This document shows positions 38,100-48,797 of a DNA stretch of 64,000 nucleotides, piece by piece. The DNA is taken from NCBI RefSeq assembly GCF_037042905.1, contig NC_087245.1, positions 1,798,001 through 1,862,000 on the forward strand, given 5' to 3'. The position numbers and the translations under genes were made by a program. Below the pieces are notes generated by a model that made no database searches, was not told the DNA's origin, and worked only from the letters and a program-made list of their open reading frames with translations. Positions within the stretch are counted from its first letter, which is position 1; every line of letters starts with the position of its first letter. The stretch is from Lytechinus pictus. Its lineage: Eukaryota.

Positions 38100-40429
38100 C
38101 TGAAAGAAGTGTCAATTTCTCTTTAAATTTAACTTTTTCCCAATTAAAGTGATACAGACAGTTTCTTTCTTTCTTGTTTATAAATTACTTCTTAAACCAC
38201 TCTTGAGAAAGTAAATACTTTGGGAAGGCATTTCATTGATATGAAATGTGAATTTTTCCAACATTTTGGCAAATATACTAGGGAAGGACTTTTCTCACAC
38301 TTTTTTCCAGATATAACTTTTGCCATTTTCTTCTTATTTTTTTTTACAGTGGTTAAACCATTTATACCCCTTCCCATTGAATATGCCTGATTAAAAAATA
38401 TGTTTCTACTGAAAATAAAATAATACAAACTAAAGGATATAAAAATAGAAATGTGCCATTCCCAGAAGGTAAGTGAAAATTATTTGCTTGGCTTTTAATT
38501 ATATTCCAGTCAGAATAGACTGTTGCCACAGCTGTTAACAAATATTCGTAATGGCTTCTTAATTTTCCCCTTTTCCCCATGTTTATATTAATTTTGTTTT
38601 ATTCATTTTTCTTTCACTTTCTTTTCTTTTTTCCCTGTTCTTTGTTTTTTCTTTCTTTTGTTTTATTTCACTTATTTCTTTTCTTTTCTTTTTCTTTTTG
38701 TAATATACTTTTTGAAAATTATTTTCATTTGTTTCCCCCTTTTATGCATTGTTCTAATTTTGCAGAATATTTTTCTGTGATTTTCTCCTGCTATAATATA
38801 CTGCAAAAGGGAAAACAGAAATAAAATGGATTTGGGGCCTGCATAATCTAGGTTTTAGGATTCAAAGAGGAAGAAATGAAAAACCATAGTTTTGTACATC
38901 TATCTGTGTTTGCTATGCACTATTTATTTACTTTACCATTATGAGTGTGTGTGTCTATACAGAGATTTAAAAAAAAGTCCACACAACCTGGGAACAATAA
39001 AATTCATTTATTCTCTTTCAATCATTTCATTTTTACAATGATAGAAACAATTTATATTTTACCACAAGCCAATTAGCAAAGTAAAATAACAGCAAACAAG
39101 GTTTACATACAAGATGATAAAGTGGAAGTAACTTAGTGGTAGTGGCTGCAGAATTAATATTTCAGAAGTTTGTTTTATCAATTTTTAATGTGTTTCTTTA
39201 TATTTTTCGGGCCACCAAACTTTAATATCGGGCCACCAAAAAAAATTATTTGATGGTTTTGGTGGCCCGAACAAGCCACCACCAAAAACAGTTAATGTGG
39301 AGCCTTGATTACTAAGATATTACCAAAAAAATTTATGAACAGAGATTATAACATAGGACTATGTTAAATATTCCTTTCTGATTTCAAAGTATACAGTACA
39401 AGAGGCCTACATGCACAGGGTTCTGATTGTTCACTGAGACCACAAAACTAAGTAAATGAAGTATGCAGGCAATTGAGAAAAAGGGTATGTGTTCGCTGGA
39501 GTCTGTTATCCTAGTTTATAATTTCACAAACGGTCAGTAGTACGAGCAATTTGAGAATTTTGAGAATTTTAAAATTTTCTGGTAACTTTTTTGGTGGCTG
39601 CAGTTTCTGAATCCAGGGGCGGTATTCTGAACATTGTCTTTTCTCCATATTTTATCTTATCTCGGAGACAAAATTGGTATTCTGGTGGATGTCATAACTT
39701 TTGTCACAAAAATTGTCACAAATTTTGTCTCTTCTCTTTAGCGGGCACCAAAAATATGTGGCTTTAAATGGTAAAAAACTCCTCGAAACATATGGCTGCC
39801 AGCTGTCTAGGTTTTAACTAGATCGAAAGCTTCAGCCTCTATTATATTGGTTGTTCCGCTGAACTCAGCTCCGTTGGCTCCACGTACATCCATGTACCGG
39901 TACTCAGGAGTTTTTAACATTTTCAACATTTTTTTAATTTCTCCATTGTTAATGGAGAAATAAAAAATAAAAATAAAAAAATGTTTTAAAAACTCCTCAA
40001 AACTGATGGCTTGCCAGCTGTCTAGGTTTTAACAAAAAATTAAGGATATTTCGCCCTCGAAAAAATAAGCAAGCAAAAAAAAAAAAAAAAAAAACTTCAC
40101 TTTCAATTTTTTTTAATTTTACTTCTCCGGGGACAGGGGCACAGGCCGGCTGTGCCCCCCCCCCCCCCCGGATCCGCCAGTGCTTTCTTCCTAAACTTCT
40201 GACTTGAATTGAAATTTTAATTGTTTGATAAAATGATGGAAAGAAAAAAAAATCATAACATTGCATGTTAATGAATATGATAATGGTGAAATCCGGTTTT
40301 CAACTTCAACTTGCCACAGCACAGGCATAAACAAGGATTAGCTAACTTAATATAATTAGGTCTAGTACTAGTAGGCCTATAATATGGCACTTATCTAACA
40401 TTATATAAAAATTATTAAGATCTCCGCTA

Positions 40430-40960
40430 AGTGAGCAGGTAATTAACCGTAACCGTAAGGACACGGCTGCTTCACCGGAGCATCGGCCACCGGCGCGGCG
40501 CATCGGCCAGAGCCGCAACTCCGGGGTACTACACCGGTGCGGTATCGCCGTACAGTGCATGCGAAGGAACGCTCAACGAAGAAGCTACTGTCTGTGGGCT
40601 TGGCTAGCTACGCAGAATTCAAGTATTTTCCTTTACGAGTAAATATGGTAACAAAAGTCATTTCAAACCACCATTTCAATGAACCACGTGAATTAATTCG
40701 AACAAATTAATTATTAACGATTATGTCTTACTTTGCTGGAATTCTCCTTCGGCTTCGCGAGCGATCTTAAAGTTGAATCATCGAATTGAGTCTAACGTTA
40801 GTGGTGTTGTTACCGTGGGATCTAACTAGCTGACGTCACGTTTGTTTGTAAACAAAATTTGTTGGGTATTCCTCTGCGCGCCATGTGTGTCGCGCTCGCT
40901 CAGCTGATCGGCTGATTCAATCCGGATCGATCGGAGGCGGACACTGCCGCCGATTCGGGT
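40430..40960 (-). promoter_or_regulatory. CpG-rich putative promoter and non-coding first exon of the Myb-like gene
   Basis: GC/CpG-rich island just inside the right TIR; TGACGTCA at 40832; candidate minus-strand donor AAA|GTAAGA at 40731. The ATG at 38099 directly follows an acceptor (tttcag|ATG), which points to an upstream exon. Confidence 0.5.
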
Positions 40961-41023
40961 CACGTTGTAAAAAAAGTGGAGAGGAAGGGGATTTCCCCCT
41001 AATCAGCCTCGTACATGACTATT

Positions 41024-41190
41024 CAAATAATTCGCTGGAAAGTCAAATAATTCGCTGGAAAGTCAAGCTGACTTTCCAGCGAATGTGCTTTTATGAAATG
41101 CAAAGTTGCTATCATAGCAAGTTGCTAGCATAGCAAGTAAAAGTTGCTATCATAGCAAGTTGCTATGATAGCAACTTGCTATGATAGCAA
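41024..41190. repeat. Right subterminal motif array: five 15-bp palindromes TTGCTAT(C/G)ATAGCAA plus three copies of TTCGCTGGAAAGTCA
   Basis: Palindromes at 41106, 41122 (variant), 41144, 41160, 41176; ttcgctggaaagtca at 41031, 41051 and inverted at ~41069-41083. Confidence 0.9.
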
Positions 41191-41629
41191 CTCTTTATGA
41201 AATAGGCCCCTGGACATCAGTTTGGCAAATTCTTATTAATTTGTTTAATCAGTTGATTTTTTTTCATCAAGTCAGTATTTCATTGTAATTTGATTTTTTT
41301 TCCAGTCTCCCTTCTCGATTTTTCTTGTTATTTGTTATTCTTTTTTCTTTGCTTTCTTCTTCTTCTTCAATGCCTTCCTTTCATGAAGATATTGCACGAT
41401 AATGCTCGAACATATAGCTTGAATCCATTAGGTAAAATACACCCTTCACTTTCGTATTAGTTTTCATGGAAATTTGACAGGTCCCTCGTCTAGAAATATA
41501 TTTCGTAAAAAATGAAAGAAAAAAGACACAAAAGTATCTTTCACTTTGCACATCTGACACTATCATGCTTAATGACAAATGTGATAAAACTAATAGAAAT
41601 TTTGACCATGATTTCTTTTTAACAGTCGA

Positions 41630-41870
41630 TAATTATGATCGTAATAATGTTATTATTTTCAATATGATTATAGCTATTATCACTATTGCTGTTATTATTA
41701 TCATTATTGTGATTAAACTCATTATTATCATATTCATGACTATTCTTCAAAATTTTCTGGATAATACAACTATTATTTCCAAGATCAATATTTATTTTGT
41801 TATTAGCATTGTATTTTTTTTCATTCTTATTATAATTATTATTATTATCATTATCAAGATTATTATGATA
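41630..41870. repeat. Degenerate (ATT/ATC)n low-complexity tract
   Basis: Direct reading; explains the Ile-rich ORF 41565-41942. Confidence 0.8.
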
Positions 41871-43249
41871 TTTGTCTTCATGTGGATAGATTTGACACTT
41901 CTTATATGGATAATGAATTCACTGGTTATATCACTAAAATAATCAAATTAATATTTGACATGCTTTAGCATTGTAAATGAAGATATGCTTCTGCTCTAGC
42001 TGTATTTTTCTCACTCTCTTATTTTCTATAATCATTTCTCCATTTTGGCTTTCTAATGATGATTTGGGGGAAAGAAGGAAATAGCCAATTGTAGATAAAT
42101 TTCTTGAATCAAACCAGTGGTATCTTTCCTTTGTCGTGTATATTTTGCCAGTGTCATATCTTTCCAAAACTCCTTGATCTTTCTAATGCTAACAAAACGA
42201 AGTGCTACAGTATCCGGATTGAAAACAGCAAGAACAAAATGGCTACTCTCCCAACAGAATACTCAATATGCATGCGGGTAATTCTACACGTCTTCCGAGG
42301 TCGGACACCCTTAAAGAAACTACTCAGAGCTGTAATTAATAAACCTTTTCATGCAAGTGGCAAAAGAAGATGGTGATTTGGTTTAAGATATATCCCAAAG
42401 ACCAATACGAGAACCTCATTTGCCTTTTCATCGATGATGATGTAAAGACAAGAAGAGACCCTTACGACGAGTCAGGTGTTGCGTTAACGCAGAGACGTGC
42501 GATCGATTTATCTCTGGTCTCCCCCCCCCCCCTCCCCCGCCCGTCTCTCTCTTTCTCTCTCTCTCTCCCTTTCTCTCTGTTTCTCTCGGAAATCATCTCC
42601 GAGTATTGCCTAAGCCATCCACCGGGGCCAAAAATATATTAGCTTTATTACCTTCATTCAAAAATAGACCTTCATTCGTCTCTCTCTATTCCTCCTTCAT
42701 ACAACTTCCTACTTCAGAAGTGGTCGGCAGTCCGTTGAAAAAGAAACAACTTGCTACAGGCATGTATCCAGTGCCTTGCCTTACAGGGAGTATTAATCCT
42801 TGAAAATAGGATTACTTCATAATCCTGTTCTAGGCATCAATACATATCGCAATTCATATTGAGATGGGTGGTGCTAGAATGGTTCAAATAGATCGAGTGT
42901 ATACAATCAGGCCACACTGCGGATTGGCATTTTGGGAGTTATTCATATTTCTATCCAAAATGAAATGAAGAAAACATTCATGCCTTCATTTCGTGTGAAT
43001 GAAAGAAAAATCGGTAATCTGGCCAAAAAGAAAAATACTGTGACGTAAATAACGTGACGTAATTCTGTTTTTTTTTATTGCACTACGGGCAAAAAGGGAA
43101 AGTATACAATGTGAGAATACATACAAATACGTAGTAAGGCTGATAGATTCAAACTCTGTTCGTGATTAATTTTAAGACATTTTGAAAGAATTCTTTTTGC
43201 ATTCGACTATACTGTATTCTCCCCATCATGAAACCGATTTGAAAGTTAA

Positions 43250-45770
43250 TATACAAATATTCAATGTTGATGAGTGCGATCGTTCCGAATATTGCATGAG
43301 TGTGCAAGTTGAAACAGTCTATTCAACGACGCGAAGCGGAGTTGAATAGGCTGTATCAACTTGTAACGAATGTAATATTCGGAACGTCGCACGAATACAA
43401 CATTGAATATTTGTTTTATACAGCACCGATAGCTTACACTTTAGACTAGATCTAGATAGGCTAGATCTATAGGTGTAGTATAGATGACTAACGCGCATTA
43501 GGTCTTATTTTGCTTACAATGTTGTCTTTTGAGCGTCGAGTAGATTTACTCCAGTAATCCCAGGAGAGTCAAGTACTTTCAACATAGATCCATAAAGTCA
43601 TAGATCCATGAAGTCTAATTTGTGAATGAATTCCATAAAACCCAGAAGGAAACCCAGAAGGTACGCAGCCGTACCCTGGGAATAATTTGCTTAGCAACGT
43701 ACGTACGCGCATTGTGTTCAGCTTAGCAACGTGTATGCGCAGTGCTACGTACATCGGTCAGAGATATACAAAAACGTGATTACGCGCGTATACCGCTAAT
43801 TCACTTAACGTGTACGGGGCTATCAATGGGTTCAGTGTGCCCAGGGATCTTGCAGTCCTGGCTCATTTACTTAAGCGTGCTATAGTCGACTAAAGCACGA
43901 GCGTGCAATAGTCGACTATAGCACGGCTAGCATATCTTAGCGTGCTATAGCTGATTCCTCTGAATGTCATGTGACACACTTTCATCCAATCAGCTGTCAA
44001 GGATCTATACATGTGTTGTATAATATACAAATAATGAATGTGTATGCGTGCAATGGGAAGAATATTTTCATGAGATGAAAGATGTAAAGTTCCATTCAAC
44101 GAGGCGTTAGCCGAGTTGAATGGAACTTTTAATCTTTCATCGAATGTAAATATTCTTTCCATTGCACAAATATTTACAATCATTATTTGTTTTATATAAC
44201 TCATATAAGTTACAAAGTTTTTAAAAATGTAAAAAAAGGAATAAAAAGATAAAGATTAGGTTGGCCTATTTCCAGCAACTAATTTTTCTCTGATAATTGC
44301 TAGTCGGTGGATAACACCATGTATCGACAGCTCATCAGCCCTTTGCTTTCATGTTTGTGACGCGCATTGCTTCATGGATCTGAGTCGAGTGCGCACAGTC
44401 AGTTTGATCTGCGCTAACTTCATGCGCGCGAACACACACACACACACACATACACAATAAGTAGACATACACATGATTATACTGAGGGAGCGCTAGCGCG
44501 CGTACCGTGCAATGGGAAAATAAAAAATGCACGGTCACCGTGCAATGGAAAATTACAAAATGCACGCAGTAAAAAATGGACCAAATATTGAACACCTTTC
44601 AACCAATCAGATGGCAAGAATCTTCGTTTGAGTTATATAACATAGATTATATATGACACCTAGATAGATCCTTGTGATTTGATTGGTTGTTTGATATCGT
44701 TCATTCAGCCCATTTTGCAATGACGTCATCAACCGTGCAATTTTGGATCCATTCATCGTGCAATTTTAGATCCATACTATTTTGTCTATTGCACTCGCGC
44801 ACCGAGACTGCAGCTCATGCACGTCGCACCAGCAGTGCGCATGTTGTAATGACGTAACAATCAACAGACCGAACTCGCACTGCATGAGCATGTTTTGCAT
44901 CGAAATTCATGAATTACATATGAAAACATTCATTTGTTAGGTGTCATATAAACCAAATAATGATTTTTTTTTTTCATTCGTGCAATGGACAGATGAAATA
45001 ATGATCCATTCAACTCGGCTACGCCTCGTTGAATCCCGGGGAGGGGCCACTTCCATTGACGGGTGGATACCATGCGCGACCACGGGGTCTTGAAAAGCAC
45101 CCTAAACACGTATTTTCCATATTCTGAAAATGCACCCCTTAACAAGTATTGGCGTGTGAAACCCTACCCTTAACAAGTATTGGCAAGTATTCCCAGAATT
45201 GAGCCCCTAAACAAGTACAGCGATGTATTTTCAATATTCTGAAAATGCACCCCTTAACAAGTATTGGAAACAAAACGATACTCTTGGCAAGTATTCCCTG
45301 AAATGAACCCCTAAACAAGTACAGCGATATTTTATTGTTATGTCACGGGTCCGTCCGATCGTCGGTTTTACGTTACACACCATTATTTTGGTTTAGTAAG
45401 GCCCGACCTTCCACACCTCGCGCAAATCGGACTCTAAACACGTAGTGTTGGGGCAAAAAGGACATCCTTTATGAAAATTTTTTATTTTGTTTTATCATCC
45501 CCGCATATTTGACCCTAAACACGTATATTTTCCGAGCGAAATAGATACCCTTTTTTCAATATTTCTGTGTTTTTGACACCCTTATCACGTTACGTACGTA
45601 ACGTGCCCTATCTTGAAAAAGACATCCTTTTTACGTGTTTTTTGGGTCGCGCATGGTATCCACTCGTCAATGTAAGTGGCCCCCCCCCCCCGGGCGTTGA
45701 ATGGATCATTTGATTTTCACCTCATGAAGTATTCTGTCCATTGCACTCATAAACATTTTTTATTTGTATA
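43250..45770. mobile_element. Cluster of three related non-autonomous elements with a ~170-bp hairpin head (43250-44023, 44024-44640, inverted 44650-45770)
   Basis: Each starts TATACAAATA and has a palindromic head centred on TTCAACGA(G/C)GCG..GC(C/G)GAGTTGAAT. The body is bounded by an 11-13-bp inverted repeat, with CCAATCA near the tail. Confidence 0.7.
45035..45694. mobile_element. 660-bp non-autonomous DNA transposon with CCCGGGG termini and 8-bp TSD
   Basis: TSD CGTTGAAT (45027-45034, 45695-45702); ~45-bp TIR CCCGGGG..GGGGCCACTT(C/A)CATTGACG(G/A)GTGGATACCATGCGCGACC; internal ccctaaaca/cccttaaca repeats. Confidence 0.9.
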
Positions 45771-46652
45771 CTGTTCCCAGTCTATCCCACAATTAGTATA
45801 TTACATGTCTTCCTTGACATACAGTGGTGTTAATGTCATTATATTGATTGCAACTCTGTCTTAACTCTAAACCCAGTCCAGCTTGGTGTTTGTGTTGCCA
45901 TAGGGATTTTTGAATGGCGTATCGCGGGTCAGACAAGTGTAATGCGTGAAATATTGACGCAATAATTCTGCTTCGCCGAAAGCGCTAAAACGCTATTTTG
46001 AATTCCTTATACAGGGTAAAAAGTGGACTTTATTATAGGCACTTGCATATGGAAGGTAAAAGGAAAATCAGTTTAAGAGGGGGAAATTTAAAATATATCT
46101 CAGAAGATTCATCAGGTTATTATTACACCGGAATCTAACAACTCCATGTCTCGACTCGTTTATGTTTCTTCTGTTATTCAGTTCTTTAACGGGGTCTCCC
46201 GTTTCATTTTGTATTTATGTATATTTAATTACTTTGTTACCAATTATGTATTTTTCTGATATTGTACCTTGTGTTTTTATTAATGGGATTTGAATAAATT
46301 GAATTAAATTGAATTGGAATCAATTAAATATAAGTATTTGTATCAATTGAGGCAGTTTTCATTTCTTTTTTTGGTCACCTGTTATTTAGTTCTTCAATCT
46401 ATACCATTCAACAACAGCGGACTTCATTCAATGTGAAATTTATTTTTTCGGTGTTTTAAGGCATGTCATCGGCACTCGTCTGACTCCCTTCTCTCTTGGT
46501 GATAAATCCCTACGCTCATTATCAAGATATTCTACCCCGCCCCCCCCCCCAAAAAAAAGTGTTCAACTTATAAACAACAAACATATTTTAAGGCACATTT
46601 TATGGGTATAATCTTGCTCCTTTTTTGTCTGAAAGGTGCAAAGTTACACCTA

Positions 46653-46817
46653 CACTGTAAAAAATGAAGTGCTAATTTAGCACTTACATTGCTTGTATAG
46701 TGACTGCACTACGAGTGCTGATTTTCTAGTTAAATTTGAACTAGTAAATCAGCACTCGTAGTGCAGTCACTATACAAGCACTGAAAGTGCTAAATTAGCA
46801 CTTCATTTTTTACAGTG
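46653..46817. mobile_element. 165-bp near-perfect palindromic MITE, CAC termini, TA TSD
   Basis: TA|CACTGTAAAAAATGAAGTGCTAATTTAGCACTT...AAGTGCTAAATTAGCACTTCATTTTTTACAGTG|TA; ~79-bp arms. Confidence 0.9.
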
Positions 46818-48601
46818 TATGAAGAAAGGTGCAGAGTGACACCTTTTTAAGGTTCTCCACTGTGGCATTGAGCTGAATCTTCTAAAGGCGCAGAGTTGAA
46901 TTTTTTTCTTAAAGTTTGACCATGATCTAGCTTCAACCGGAGAACACGTGAGGGTGAATATTTACCTTTATCGATTGCCTGAAATTAATCCCAATAAGGT
47001 GAAAAAGACCTCTGTCGAGGTATGGTTACCACGCGATTGAATCACGTGACCACATTGAGGGTTTGTCAGTTTCCCGCCAACGCTCATCAATAAGACTCCA
47101 TTGAATTTACATCAATAAATTCATTCGTTTAATGTTCATGTATGTCTCAACACATTCTTTTCGACTAGTGTATCGTATTTAGAATTCGAATTACTCTTTG
47201 GCTGCCTTCGTTCAGTTGACCCTAATCATGCTAATTATTCTAATTTGAGACTCCAAAAATTTTAAATAGGAAAAAGAGTTTGTACTGATGTGAGTGTGAA
47301 TTGCAAGGAAATTTCCAATACTTTACATCAGGAAAATATTAACACTGCGTCGCCAATGTAAATTTTGGAATGATTAGGCTTCATAAATAAGATCATTCTA
47401 TGTAATTCATTCGAGAATTTGTATTTTAGTTATTCACCATGTTTAATGATGCCATATGTTTTTGTTGTATAATTTATTTTATTGTGTGTGACCAAGTCGT
47501 GTTTTCTTGCACTTTTGACAAAATAAAGAAAATAAAATTGAAATTTGAATTTCTTAAATGTCATATCTCAGCTTTTTTTAAATGCTTAACTATGATTATC
47601 ATATGGTAGGTTGACATTTATGACATACCTTGACAGAAAAGGAGACTAGACCATACTTGATTATGAAATGTTAAAATATGCTAAATAGAAATAAAGAAGT
47701 CATTGTATACATCTTTCATGGACATGATGAATAATCATTGTGTGAAGTTGTCTACTCTGACGACATATGTCTATCTAATCGCTTCGTTGCTAGTGCGACG
47801 AAAGTTATATATGGACGGCAACAGTTCAAAGAATTACACAAGTAATTCCAAGGAAAGTAGGCCTCCTCATCGCTTGTGGTATCAGTAAGGCAATCAGAGC
47901 TTTGATTATGCAAACCTAACTTCACCTTAATTGTGAACAGTTGTATAACTCTGGCAGACCTACAGGCTAATGAAGAAATTCAAGATGTTTGGCCAATCCT
48001 AGTTATGACCCTTAAAGGTAGGTAACAATGGCGCCGTTTCATTTCACACTATTGTCGAATATTAGATACACCACAGCAGAAGGTAAAATAATTACATTTT
48101 GAAGTAATACTTGTCATTCCACACTGTTCAGCCATTCTATGTCCTGAGGGACGAAAAATCTTTACAATATGGTAAACACACACCGACACCCAGGCCCACA
48201 CTTCTTTAACAACACACACTCTCATTCTCCCTCATAATCAAATACAGACTATATAAAATATCATGTGTGTAGATATTTTTGAGTAGTTATATACTGATTT
48301 TTTTTGTACTGCCTATTGCGAATAGAATTTGGAAGCAGCTGTGGTTTCCGATTAATTGTTGGTGTAAAAAGGGAAGAAATTATTATCATAAGAGCTTTCA
48401 GAACTTGTCTATTTCAAAGTTTCTAGGTAAAGCCTAAGCCGACGGGCATGGGTAATTTAAAGGAAAATAATTATTGGAAACAGAATATTTTTGAATAAAA
48501 ATGACAATCCGATGAATAGGGCAGAGCAAAGTGAATAGAAACGTGTTTTAAATGCATTGGTCTGTTGGAGTTTTTTTTTTTAGAGTTGCGATTTAACCCT
48601 T

Positions 48602-48797
48602 CACTCTTAAAAACGTTGGGCAACATACGGTCCACACAACAATTGGTTAAAACTTTATCAAATTCTGAGTAGCTTTAAACCAATAATGTGTGCTTTTGGT
48701 GAAAACTACACAGTATTGGTTGAAAACTACCCAGAGTTGGATAATGTTTTAACCAATTGTTGTGTGGACCGTATGTTGCCCAACGTTTTTAAGAGTG
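48602..48797. mobile_element. 196-bp CAC-terminus MITE with 2-bp TT TSD
   Basis: TT|CACTCTTAAAAACGTTGGGCAACATACGGTCCACACAACAATTGGTTAAAAC...exact reverse complement|TT. Confidence 0.85.

Larger units (their letters stand above)
25931..41209 (+). mobile_element. Full-length autonomous-type PIF/Harbinger DNA transposon (15,279 bp)
   Basis: Perfect 17-bp TIRs GGGCCTATTTCATAAAG (25931-25947) / CTTTATGAAATAGGCCC (41193-41209); CTG TSD (25928-25930, 41210-41212); encodes a DDE transposase and a Myb/SANT-like protein, the two-gene layout known for this superfamily. Confidence 0.95.

Noticed and set aside
39200-40185. Fragments resembling transposon ends (gggccaccaa repeats, caggggcggtattctga, ggatccgccagtg)
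   Set aside because: Only single ends are visible; no matching TIR/TSD pair could be fixed, so no boundaries are called.
41565-41942. Ile-rich membrane-like ORF (also the Phe-rich ORF 38579-38824)
   Set aside because: Derived from ATT- and T-rich low-complexity tracts.
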